A stretch of DNA of 64,000 nt from Armatimonadota bacterium (GTDB taxonomy: Bacteria; Armatimonadota; UBA5829; DTLH01), in the NCBI GenBank assembly GCA_039679675.1, contig JBDKUN010000065.1, positions 32,001 to 96,000 on the forward strand. Reading direction: 5' to 3'. The translations under genes were made by a program, and so were the position numbers. The notes beneath the pieces are model-generated. The model did no database searches and was not told where the DNA came from. It saw only the letters and a program-made list of their open reading frames with translations. This document shows, piece by piece, positions 49,648-58,813 of the stretch. Numbering within the stretch: the stretch's first letter is position 1; every line of letters starts with the position of its first letter.

Positions 49648-49721
49648 TAGTTTCTTCTATTCCCTGTTCCCTAGTTTGCGTGCAATCGTCCCACTGTCGT
49701 ATAATTAGCGGGAGGAAAAAC

Positions 49722-50747
49722 ATGAGAGTTCTCAGACTGCACGCGCCGCTTGATATGAGGATGCACGACGAACCTGTTCCTGTACCAGGACCGGGTGAAG
49801 CACTGGTCCATGTCGGATCGGTGGGCGTCTGCGCGTCCGATGTCCATTGGTGGCGGCACGGCAGGATCGGCGGAAACGTGCTTACAGACCCGCTGGTTTT
49901 GGGACATGAGGCCGCCGGTACTGTTGAATCTGTCGGAGAAGGGGTTCCATACCTGAAACCGGGGCAGCGGGTCGCAATCGAACCCGCCAAACCCTGCGGC
50001 AGGTGTGAGTTCTGCATGTCGGGCAACTATAATGTCTGTCCATCCGTAAAATTCTTCGGCACGCCACCGACTGACGGTTGTTTTAGAGATTACGTCGTCT
50101 GGCCAGCGTCGCTGATGCTTCCCATCCCCGATTCCATCTCGCTGGATGAAGCCGCTATGCTCGAACCGCTTGCAGTCGGGATTTACGCAGCGGACCTCGC
50201 AATGATCCGCGCAGAAGAGAAGGTAGCAGTCCTCGGAGCGGGGGCAATCGGGCTTTCAGTGATGCAGTCGCTCAAAGTCTGCGGCGCGGGAGATGTATTG
50301 GTGTGCGATCCTATCTCCGCCCGGCGCGAAACGGCGCTGAAACTTGGAGCGGACGAAGTTTGTGACCCATCCGAGGTGCATGAAGCCGCAAAAGCTATGA
50401 CTTCGGGACGAGGTTTCGATCTGGTCTTCGAATGCGCGGGAGATATTAACGCAGTGAGGGAGACAGCAAGGCTCGCGCGGGTGCTTGGGCGGGTTGTGAT
50501 CGTCGGTATTCCAAAGGAAGATGAGTATCCTTTCGATGCCGGATCAGCCAGAAGAAAGCAGCTCAAAGCCACATTCGTCCGCAGAAGCAATCTGACGGGA
50601 GAACGAGCTGTGGAGCTTGTGCATCGAGGCAAAATCAATGCGGCAAGCCTTGCAACCCATACGTTCCCGCTTGAAGACACCGATAAAGCAATGAAACTTG
50701 CCGAATCGAAGACGGACGGCGTTATCCGTGCCGTCATTCGGCTATAA
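49722..50747 (+). CDS. Zinc-dependent polyol (sorbitol/xylitol-like) dehydrogenase
   Basis: GVCASD, GHE, CGRCEFC..GNYNVC, EPL, GAGAIG; GGAGG RBS. Confidence 0.88.
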   Translation: MRVLRLHAPLDMRMHDEPVPVPGPGEALVHVGSVGVCASDVHWWRHGRIGGNVLTDPLVLGHEAAGTVESVGEGVPYLKPGQRVAIEPAKPCGRCEFCMSGNYNVCPSVKFFGTPPTDGCFRDYVVWPASLMLPIPDSISLDEAAMLEPLAVGIYAADLAMIRAEEKVAVLGAGAIGLSVMQSLKVCGAGDVLVCDPISARRETALKLGADEVCDPSEVHEAAKAMTSGRGFDLVFECAGDINAVRETARLARVLGRVVIVGIPKEDEYPFDAGSARRKQLKATFVRRSNLTGERAVELVHRGKINAASLATHTFPLEDTDKAMKLAESKTDGVIRAVIRL

Positions 50748-50774
50748 ATAATCTTGATACTGTAACTGGAGGCT

Positions 50775-51188
50775 ATGTTGGCTCATAATACTGACAAAAA
50801 CTGCTGTGCGGCCTGTGCTGAAAATGAAGCGCCCCTTAGGATATGGTGGGTGATCCCCGGTATTATCGGTGGAGTTGCTGCGGCAGCCATCTTCGCATAC
50901 CTGCATGTCCGCTTCGGAGGAATGGCTCCGATCCAGGCGGGAAGCACTGCAGCGACAAGCACTGGAATCTTCGTGATATCGTATCTGCTGCTCAGGCGTA
51001 TTCGCCCGCAGGAGAACCCCAGTTCCATAAAGGGACTGCTGCAGAGCACAGCCGTCGCACTCCCTGTCTTCGTGATGGCGTTCATAGGGCTTGCATACGA
51101 GATCGGCGTACTGGCGGATTTCACTGCGATGTACATCCTCGGAAGCTGGCTCGGAACTTCCGAAGCTGCAGAAAAAGCGGAGTGTTGA
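50775..51188 (+). CDS. Small 4-TM membrane protein; 3' end duplicated at 54832-54973
   Basis: GGAGG RBS, hydrophobic, N-terminal CCAAC. Confidence 0.7.
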   Translation: MLAHNTDKNCCAACAENEAPLRIWWVIPGIIGGVAAAAIFAYLHVRFGGMAPIQAGSTAATSTGIFVISYLLLRRIRPQENPSSIKGLLQSTAVALPVFVMAFIGLAYEIGVLADFTAMYILGSWLGTSEAAEKAEC

Positions 51189-51220
51189 GGTAAGCTATAG
51201 GATTCAGAATTCAGGATTTC

Positions 51221-51266
51221 TGCTTCGGGACCACAGTTCGTCCCGAAGCACGATTCTCCACCAATC
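51221..51266 (+). repeat. REP-like palindrome family A, copy 3
   Basis: tgcttcgggac-cacagttc-gtcccgaagca-cgattctccaccaatc. Confidence 0.9.
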
Positions 51267-51281
51267 CCTACATCTACACAT

Positions 51282-52337
51282 CTAAAACCACAACAAGCGC
51301 CTGAATCCGTGCAGCAGGACTATTACCAGGAAAAAGACATTTCGAGCAAGGAGTCCCAAAGCCGACAACTTAGGTGCGGACTGCTTCTCATTATTCGATA
51401 ATGCCTTTACAAGCCTTGTGCCGAGGTTTTCCATCCACAATACGCTTCTCGGCCACTCCACAATCCCGCTGAGCCAGTCCACAGGGATTCCATCCTTGCC
51501 TACACCAGCTCCTATAATCCCGCCGACTATCGCTGCAGTTGTATCCGTATCCCCGCCGCAGTGTATTACATCCAACACTGCAGCTCGGTAATCGTTCAAA
51601 TTTCTAAACCAGGCATAAAGAGCTACCGGAACTGTAGAATAGACATAACCGCTTACGCCTCTTTCCAATCCCATTCCGGTAGCGAATTCCTCAGTGGTAG
51701 CCCCCAACTCCGAACTCTCGACAGCCGCCGTGACAAGATTTATGAACTCTTCCGATTCGTCTCCGAGAAGACCAACTAACATATGCAGATAGTCCCTCGG
51801 ATTGGCTTCACCCTGCGCGGATAAATATGCTGCCAATGCAACGGCAAATGCGCCGTATTCGGCTTTGGGATCAGTGTGAGTAATCCGTGTCGATGCACGA
51901 ACCAGGTCACGCATCTTCTTCAGGTCGTCTCCGTAGCAAACGCCGATGATTGCACTCCTCATCGCCGGGCCGTTTCCAGCAGAAAAGACTCCGCTCCGGC
52001 TTGGTGAAGTGCCAATCAGCAACCTAAGTGCGGACTTCACCGTAGCCATCCCAGCACCGGCAGGAAGCATAATGAGCCAACGCTTCAACCTACTGGCAAA
52101 GCATTTGGTAAAGGCATCACAGTCTCCAACAGATTCGATTATAGACTGGGCAACCATACAGGTGTGCTCTGTATCATCGGATATCATCCCACGACCGAAG
52201 AAAAACCTGTACCCGTCGAGTTTCGGAAACACCCGTTTCTGCCGCTTTCTGGAAAGTCCCTCCACCGGCAGTCCAATTGCATCTCCCACCGCCGTGCCGA
52301 GAATGCAGCCTATTACTGAACGCTCCATGAAAGCCAC
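51282..52337 (-). CDS. ADP-ribosylglycohydrolase (DraG/ARH family)
   Basis: GDAIG, SDDT, GNGPAMR, THTDP, GGDTDT. Confidence 0.92.
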   Translation of the reverse strand: MAFMERSVIGCILGTAVGDAIGLPVEGLSRKRQKRVFPKLDGYRFFFGRGMISDDTEHTCMVAQSIIESVGDCDAFTKCFASRLKRWLIMLPAGAGMATVKSALRLLIGTSPSRSGVFSAGNGPAMRSAIIGVCYGDDLKKMRDLVRASTRITHTDPKAEYGAFAVALAAYLSAQGEANPRDYLHMLVGLLGDESEEFINLVTAAVESSELGATTEEFATGMGLERGVSGYVYSTVPVALYAWFRNLNDYRAAVLDVIHCGGDTDTTAAIVGGIIGAGVGKDGIPVDWLSGIVEWPRSVLWMENLGTRLVKALSNNEKQSAPKLSALGLLARNVFFLVIVLLHGFRRLLWF

Positions 52338-52338
52338 C

Positions 52339-52806
52339 TTACCCCCTCCTGAACCTCACCAGTATCACTTTCTGAGGACTTTCTATCTCCTTAAAAGCAT
52401 CGAGCATGACTTTTTCAGCTCTAGATGCGCTGAACCCTCCCGACCCGGCTCCGATGATAGGAAATGCCAGTGATTTAATGCCGAGTTCCTCGACAATCTT
52501 CATAGCGTTTACCACAGAACCTCGAATCGACCCTTCAGATGCTCTCCAAAGCATGTTGATCCCGGCTACATGGATGATTGCCTTGTAAGGAAGCCTCCCG
52601 GCAGAGGTGGCAACCGCTCCGCCGAGTGGAATCGGCCCAACTTTGGCAAGTTCCTTGAACGGCTGGTAACCAGCACGCTTCTTTATTGCCCCTGATACCC
52701 CTTGAGGGAGCAGAAGCCACCAGGGAATGATGTTTCTGTTCCAGGCATTTACGATGGCTTCCACAGGCTGATCGAGCAGATCGCCTTCGACTATCTTTAC
52801 ATCCAT
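52339..52806 (-). CDS. Macro domain protein
   Basis: VEGDL, AIVNAWN, GVSGAI, IIHVAG, AFPIIGAGSGG. Confidence 0.92.
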   Translation of the reverse strand: MDVKIVEGDLLDQPVEAIVNAWNRNIIPWWLLLPQGVSGAIKKRAGYQPFKELAKVGPIPLGGAVATSAGRLPYKAIIHVAGINMLWRASEGSIRGSVVNAMKIVEELGIKSLAFPIIGAGSGGFSASRAEKVMLDAFKEIESPQKVILVRFRRG

Positions 52807-52826
52807 TTTTCCAAATTCCTTGCTTC

Positions 52827-54023
52827 CTACTCATGCAGATGAAGCTGTGCCGACTTCTGACCGTCCTCTATTCTGATCAGCCGGTCCGGGTTTTGATACT
52901 GGGCAACCAGGTAGCGGGTCAGATCGATGTTCATCCCTTTCATCGATTGCAGAAACTCTATCTGCTCCCTGTCCATCGCTTTCTGGTGCTCTTCCTCTAT
53001 CTCGTTCACCATCCGTTTGGCAGAAGCATCCCTTTCCTGCTCGGCTTCAAGCTGACGCAGGGTCTCTTCGTAAGAAATTGACTGAAGTTGTATCTTATGC
53101 CGCTCTTCGGACTCCTCCATCTCCCGGCGCTGTTTTGCGCGCTCGGCTTCGCGTTCCAGCCGCAAGTCCGCAAGCTCCTGCGCCTGGTTTTCAGTCTCGG
53201 ATTCCAGTTTGAGCTTGGTCCTTGCCTCAATAGCCTGGTCGTGCATATTCTGAAGCGTCGCGCTCGCATGGTAGCCCCTGTACACGACCTTGTTGATCTT
53301 GTAGCCTATCCGCTCGCCCCGCTGGATTAACTGAGGATACGTTTCCAGGTCATTCAGCTTATTGGTCTGCTCTTTGAACCGCTCGAATGGGAGCGCTACA
53401 ACAAAGTCTATCACATCCGCAGTCACCGCATTGATGAAATCCGCGACTGGGTCGTGTGTCTGGTCCAGCATTTTTTCGATGTCTGTAAGCTCGAAGAAGA
53501 TCATCAGCTTGATGACCAGAAGCGCGTCATCAGCAGTCCGAACATCGCACACGTCAAAATACATCTGGTCGGGAATAATTCTGAGCTTGGCAAATCTGAG
53601 CGCACCGTAAACCTTCTTATTTGGGTCCTTCGGGTCTGACCCATGCCAGCAAAAATTGTGCAGCCACTCATTTGCCGCCGGAACATACATATCCGGCCCA
53701 CGGACAACCCGCCGGTCGACATGATCATCATCCTGCCGGTAGACGACGACGGCCTCGTTCGCATCTATGGCAAACGCCTTCTGCACAGAAATACTCTCAT
53801 GCAGAACAGGATTAAACCAGACCGACACCGGGCCGCGCAGATGCTCGCTTCGCCCGTTCTTATACACCACAGCCAAATATTCATCAGTCCCGGCAGCATA
53901 AAGCATCATTTTTTCGAGCTTGCGGCCGATAGTATAAACTCTTCTGGGACCGTCGATCATCTCGACTCTGCCCCGTTTGTCCCACACTGCTACACGTTCA
54001 CCCTGCCGAATTGTTGCGAACAC
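52827..54023 (-). CDS. Major-vault-protein-like / SPFH protein with coiled-coil tail
   Basis: AAAGGAGG RBS before GTG 54023; three beta repeats with GP motifs, VRTADDA shoulder-like domain, long charged helix. Confidence 0.7.
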   Translation of the reverse strand: MFATIRQGERVAVWDKRGRVEMIDGPRRVYTIGRKLEKMMLYAAGTDEYLAVVYKNGRSEHLRGPVSVWFNPVLHESISVQKAFAIDANEAVVVYRQDDDHVDRRVVRGPDMYVPAANEWLHNFCWHGSDPKDPNKKVYGALRFAKLRIIPDQMYFDVCDVRTADDALLVIKLMIFFELTDIEKMLDQTHDPVADFINAVTADVIDFVVALPFERFKEQTNKLNDLETYPQLIQRGERIGYKINKVVYRGYHASATLQNMHDQAIEARTKLKLESETENQAQELADLRLEREAERAKQRREMEESEERHKIQLQSISYEETLRQLEAEQERDASAKRMVNEIEEEHQKAMDREQIEFLQSMKGMNIDLTRYLVAQYQNPDRLIRIEDGQKSAQLHLHE

Positions 54024-54036
54024 TTTAAACCTCCTT

Positions 54037-54726
54037 TTATATCTCGAAATTGAATCCCTGCTCTGCAAGCTTCCGATATTTCTCCTCATCGAAGCTGTAG
54101 AGCCGTGCTGCTCGGTGCGCCACATCCTGCTGGACCTCGTCAAGCTCTACCAAAAGGTCCATGCCGAGTATCTTCTTTCGGAAATTCCGCTTGTCGAGCG
54201 TTGTTTCGAGGATAATTTCATACAGATGCTGAAGCTGAGAAAGAGTAAACCTCTCAGGAAGCAACTCGAAACCAATTGGCTGATACCTGACCTTTCCTTT
54301 CAGCCGTTCATGTGCCGTTTCGATTATCAGATTGTGGTCGAATACAAGCTGAGGCAGATCATCAACCGGAAACCAGAGCGCATTTCTGGCATCCGTCGCC
54401 GCTTGGATGTGGTGGTCATAGAGATTCACAAGCGCGTAGTAAGCAACACTCACTACCCTCTCCCTGGGGTCGCGGTCGACAGCGCCGAATGTATACAACT
54501 GCTCAAGATACACATCACCCACGCCGGTTTCTTCATGAAGTTCGCGGAGCGCTGCATCTTCGAGAGTTTCGTCGATATGAACAAACCCTCCCGGTAGCGC
54601 CCATTTTCCTGCAAACGGTTCCAGGTCCCTCTCGATAAGGAGGATTTTCAAATTCTCCTCATCAACCCCGAATACGACACAATCTACCGTCAGTGCCGGT
54701 CTCGGATACTCGTATGTATACGCCAT
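54037..54726 (-). CDS. nrtR: NrtR family regulator (Nudix plus winged HTH)
   Basis: [54 protein letters not shown]. Confidence 0.92.
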   Translation of the reverse strand: MAYTYEYPRPALTVDCVVFGVDEENLKILLIERDLEPFAGKWALPGGFVHIDETLEDAALRELHEETGVGDVYLEQLYTFGAVDRDPRERVVSVAYYALVNLYDHHIQAATDARNALWFPVDDLPQLVFDHNLIIETAHERLKGKVRYQPIGFELLPERFTLSQLQHLYEIILETTLDKRNFRKKILGMDLLVELDEVQQDVAHRAARLYSFDEEKYRKLAEQGFNFEI

Positions 54727-54744
54727 TGTGCATTCACCCCCTAC

Positions 54745-54793
54745 TTAGTGTATTCCCTACACTTATAATAGTGTAACATTCACACTATGTCAA
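54745..54793 (-). promoter_or_regulatory. Promoter with two tandem NrtR-type boxes
   Basis: TTGACA-17-TATTAT; palindromes ttagtgtattccctacactta (54745-54765) and atagtgtaacattcacactat (54768-54788). Confidence 0.85.
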
Positions 54794-55003
54794 GGAATAT
54801 TTTGATTTAATTGAAATAAATATTCAAGGTGCAGCCGTCGCTCTACCCGTTTTCGTGATGGCGTTCATAGGGCTTGCATACGAGATCGGCGTACTGGCGG
54901 ATTTCACTGCGATGTACATCCTCGGAAGCTGGCTCGGAACTTCCGAAGCTGCAGAAAAAGCGGAGTGTTGAGGATTTCAAATGTAAAAATCTATAAGCAT
55001 GAT

Positions 55004-55912
55004 TTAGAATCTAGATCCGCGCCTGATTCTTGACTTGAATATCAATGGCATTGCAAACACACCTGCAGCACATAACAAATGAAAGAATATTGCAGGCATC
55101 AGGTATGTTTTTGGATCAGGAAAAAGAAGGGAATAGGGCAAGTAGATAGCTATAAATATTCCGGGTCCAATAAAAAACCCGCCGACTAGCACTGCAATAA
55201 GCCCAAGCCATGCTTTAGATGATTTCCATTGATTGCTCACTGCCATACCGATAATAACTCCTACAAGCGAGCCTATAATAAACCCCAAAAACTCAAGAAT
55301 CGCCGGAATCCAAAAAGCTATCGGTCCCATACAAGTATTTTTATCTATCGGTTGTGCTGCCATAACAATAAACAGCAGAGCACCCGGAAAAGCACCGATC
55401 ACTGCGCCTGAAGCTATGTAGAACCAGGGCTTGAGCCTGTTCAACGCTTCAATCTGCTCCTGTTCTTCAGAAGGTGCTGCCTGCTCTTTTGTTTCGGCTG
55501 CTTGTTCTCCTGCTCCAATTGCAGCAGCTATCTGTGCAACTGAAACTTGTGATGGGAGCATCAATATAGTTATTAACAGCAGGATTATGCTGATTGCTGA
55601 TCTAAGTGATACCGAAAGCAGGATTAGGACAAGGAAGATCATCCACATCAGTTGCCATACCCTTGCCGCGGTCCCACCTTTTGTTATCATCATCCACCAG
55701 AAAAGCCCGATGAACAGGAATATCATACTTGCCGGACTAGCGTGGATATCAATGGGGATTTTTGCACCGGATAAAAGCAAATACAAATAAAACGAGCTTA
55801 TCAGCAGAAGCGCAATCAGGCCGATTACAGCTTTCAACCGCCATGCTCTGTCAGCTTGCCGCCATACTGTAAGCCTTATATCAGGATTATCATCCTGCCG
55901 CATCAGACCCAC
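55004..55912 (-). CDS. Multi-TM membrane protein of unknown function
   Basis: About 8 hydrophobic segments with an acidic linker; GGAGG RBS. Confidence 0.65.
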   Translation of the reverse strand: MGLMRQDDNPDIRLTVWRQADRAWRLKAVIGLIALLLISSFYLYLLLSGAKIPIDIHASPASMIFLFIGLFWWMMITKGGTAARVWQLMWMIFLVLILLSVSLRSAISIILLLITILMLPSQVSVAQIAAAIGAGEQAAETKEQAAPSEEQEQIEALNRLKPWFYIASGAVIGAFPGALLFIVMAAQPIDKNTCMGPIAFWIPAILEFLGFIIGSLVGVIIGMAVSNQWKSSKAWLGLIAVLVGGFFIGPGIFIAIYLPYSLLFPDPKTYLMPAIFFHLLCAAGVFAMPLIFKSRIRRGSRF

Positions 55913-55936
55913 CTCCGCTTACTTAATTATATTGAA

Positions 55937-57469
55937 CTACTCTTTCATCCTCTGCCGCACAATTTCGAGTATCTCCTGCACTAAGCAATCGCACTCGCTG
56001 CGGATTTCTGATGCGCGGCTGCTGAGATTCTGTTTCAACGCTTCGTCGCTGATCGACGGCAGGTTGATTTCAACGTTCAGGTTTGCGCCTTCACAGGCTG
56101 CGCGGGCCATCAGTGCGCCGACTCCGGCATCCGAGGCGGAATTGACGTTTCCTTTGGCTGCAATCGGCTTTAAGCAGCCGAGCAGAGTCCGCACTTCCGC
56201 CATTACGGAAAGCGGAACCTCAGTTGCACCCTTGTAAGCCTCCTGAAGCGCCTTTTCTCTAAGCTCGATCTCCTCCGGCGTGTCCTTCGGGAGCTTTATG
56301 GCGGCCATCACGGCATCGAACGCCTTCGCGTCGGCATCTATGGCGCTAGTAAGCTTCGATCTCGACCGTTCAGTTTGCTTAAGTGCTTCGGCAAGCTCCT
56401 CGGATACATCGGCATACTTCTTTCTGCCAACCGTCAACCTGCAGACCATCGAGCTGAGCGCTGCCGCGAGCGCTCCGGCAAGCGCGGAGACGCTTCCGCC
56501 GCCCGGCGCGGGAGATTTCGACGCAACTTCGTCTATAAACATCGTCGGGATGCTTTCCGCATCTCCCCCACCCCAAAGTTTGTTCTCAAGCACCTGCTCA
56601 TGGCTAAAGTTATCGAGCTGGAGATAATATTCCGCCGTGTTCACCATCGCTTCGAGCGGCACAAGCCCGATTATCTCGCTGTCCGTAACCGAAACACCGT
56701 AGCGGACAGCTTCTCGCTTAACGAACTCGAACGCATCGTGCATCGGTGTGCCTTTGTAGTTCGTCAGGTTCATCGAAACCTGCACACACCCACGCTCTCG
56801 AATCGCAAACCCGTTTGCCTTAACAAATCTGAACCCGCCGTCCTTGAACCTGATTCTCTTGGCGATCTTCTTTGCTGTGTCGAGGTTGTTCGTGTTGAGA
56901 TATATGTTATAAGCGATCAAAAAGTCGCGCACACCGACTGCCGTGGCACCTGCGGTCGGGTGGATTTTCGCCTCACCGAAGTCAGGATAGCGCGTGGGGT
57001 CAGTCTCGATGTCGTTTCTGAGCCCCTCGAACTGACCTTTCCGAACAACCGCCAGGTTTTCCCGTTCCGGTCTCGTGGCGGACTTCTCGTAAAGGTAGAC
57101 CGGAATTCCCAGCTTTTCGGCTATCTCCTGGCCGAGTTCGCGGCTAAGTTCAATGCACTCTTCTATGCTCACACCTGAGACGGGTATGAACGGAATGACA
57201 TCCGTCGCACCGATTCTTGGGTGCTCCCCTTCGTGCTTGTTCAGGTCGATCAACTCTGCTGCTTTGGCGCATCCGGCGAATGCGGCTTGCTTCACCTGAT
57301 CGGGCTCACCGACGAATGTTACAACAGCGCGGTTGTGATCGGCGTCCATCTCTTTTCCGAGGACGCGAACGCCCTCAACCCCGGCTATTGCGCCGACTAT
57401 TGCATCCAGAACTTCAGGCCGCCTCCCTTCAGAGAAGTTCGGCACGCACTCGACTATCCGCGACATCAA
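55937..57469 (-). CDS. ftcd: Glutamate formimidoyltransferase-cyclodeaminase fusion
   Basis: ECVPNFSEGR, DHNR, HPRIGATDV, VSMNL; SPAPGGGSVSA, N..SDAGV. Confidence 0.94.
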   Translation of the reverse strand: MMSRIVECVPNFSEGRRPEVLDAIVGAIAGVEGVRVLGKEMDADHNRAVVTFVGEPDQVKQAAFAGCAKAAELIDLNKHEGEHPRIGATDVIPFIPVSGVSIEECIELSRELGQEIAEKLGIPVYLYEKSATRPERENLAVVRKGQFEGLRNDIETDPTRYPDFGEAKIHPTAGATAVGVRDFLIAYNIYLNTNNLDTAKKIAKRIRFKDGGFRFVKANGFAIRERGCVQVSMNLTNYKGTPMHDAFEFVKREAVRYGVSVTDSEIIGLVPLEAMVNTAEYYLQLDNFSHEQVLENKLWGGGDAESIPTMFIDEVASKSPAPGGGSVSALAGALAAALSSMVCRLTVGRKKYADVSEELAEALKQTERSRSKLTSAIDADAKAFDAVMAAIKLPKDTPEEIELREKALQEAYKGATEVPLSVMAEVRTLLGCLKPIAAKGNVNSASDAGVGALMARAACEGANLNVEINLPSISDEALKQNLSSRASEIRSECDCLVQEILEIVRQRMKE

Positions 57470-57476
57470 AATCTCC

Positions 57477-58763
57477 TTACTGACGAACCAATTTCCCCTT
57501 CTTGATAACCATATCCACCGGATTTACACCAAACCTGTATGGGATTTCCCGGTAGTCGGATATTTTCATAATCAGCATATCGGCCTGTTTGCCTACTTCG
57601 AGCGACCCGATGATGCTATCTCTCCGTATTGCCTTCGCAGCGTTGAGTGTTGAGGCTATAATCGCTTCCTCCGGCGTAAGCTTCAGCTTAAGGCACGCCA
57701 AGCCGATAATAATCGGCATGCTCTCTATGGTGCAGGTTCCGGGGTTCAGGTCAGTTCCAAGCGCTACGGGCAGCCCGCGCTCGATCATCGCTCTCGCAGG
57801 AGCAAAGTCCGAGTTCAGGAAGAAACTCGCTCCTGGAAGGATCACAGGGACCACTCCTGCGCGCTTCATTGCATCCATTCCTTCCGGCGAGACATGGACC
57901 AGATGGTCAGCAGAGACCGCTCCGACCTCCGCTGCAAGCTCCGCACCGCCTAAATGAACGATCTCATCCGCGTGGATCTTGAGCATAAGCCCCGCTTCCT
58001 TCGCGGCTTCGAGGATGCGTCTGGAATCATCAACAGAGAATACACCTTTTTCGGTAAAAACATCGCAGAACTCCGCCAGCCATTTTTTACCGATCTCCGG
58101 TATAAGGGTTTTCACGAGCAGATCGACATATTCGCCGCGTTTCTCCTGATACTCCGGTGGAAACTCGTGCGCTCCCATATAAGTCGGCACAAGCTCGACA
58201 GGTTGCTCCAAAGCAAGCTGCTGGATGGTCATCAGCATCTTGAGCTCACCGGCATGGTTCAGCGCGTATCCACTTTTTACTTCGGCTGTCGTCGTCCCCC
58301 AGGCAAACATCCGGGCAAGCCGCGCTTTGGCCGAATCGACAAGATCATCAAGAGAAGCCTTCCGGGTCGCTTTCACCGTGGAATTGATACCTCCGCCCCG
58401 GCTGGCGATCTCCATATAAGGTACTCCCTGAAGCCTGAGCGTGAACTCTTCGGCTCTGGAACCGGCGTAGACAAGGTGGGTATGAGGATCGACGAACCCC
58501 GGCATAACGATTTTCCCGGCCGCATCGATGATTAGCGTCTCAGCGCCCGGCTCTACCCGGTAAATAACATCCCCGGTGCGCCCGATGTCGACGATCTTCC
58601 CGTCACGAACGGCTACTGCACCGTTTTTGATGACCTTGAGGTTCCACTCTTTGGCCGGAGTAACGACCTGAGCGGCATTGACTATAAGTAGATTTGGAGG
58701 CAAGTTATCCAAAACACTCTCCGTAGAATTTGAAATTTCAGGCGAGCTGCCTGCAAGAGTCAT
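57477..58763 (-). CDS. hutI: Imidazolonepropionase
   Basis: PGFVDPHTH, GGGINSTV, EVKSGY, GAH, HADE, SADHL, TDLNPG. Confidence 0.95.
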   Translation of the reverse strand: MTLAGSSPEISNSTESVLDNLPPNLLIVNAAQVVTPAKEWNLKVIKNGAVAVRDGKIVDIGRTGDVIYRVEPGAETLIIDAAGKIVMPGFVDPHTHLVYAGSRAEEFTLRLQGVPYMEIASRGGGINSTVKATRKASLDDLVDSAKARLARMFAWGTTTAEVKSGYALNHAGELKMLMTIQQLALEQPVELVPTYMGAHEFPPEYQEKRGEYVDLLVKTLIPEIGKKWLAEFCDVFTEKGVFSVDDSRRILEAAKEAGLMLKIHADEIVHLGGAELAAEVGAVSADHLVHVSPEGMDAMKRAGVVPVILPGASFFLNSDFAPARAMIERGLPVALGTDLNPGTCTIESMPIIIGLACLKLKLTPEEAIIASTLNAAKAIRRDSIIGSLEVGKQADMLIMKISDYREIPYRFGVNPVDMVIKKGKLVRQ

Positions 58764-58813
58764 TATATTGCAAAGCGGGAAGGATTGGAAGGTTGCCCGA
58801 CAAAGATTACATA

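Larger units (their letters stand above)
51069..54973. mobile_element. Putative integrated island bounded by 122-bp direct repeats (no integrase inside)
   Basis: 51069-51190 identical to 54852-54973. Confidence 0.6.
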
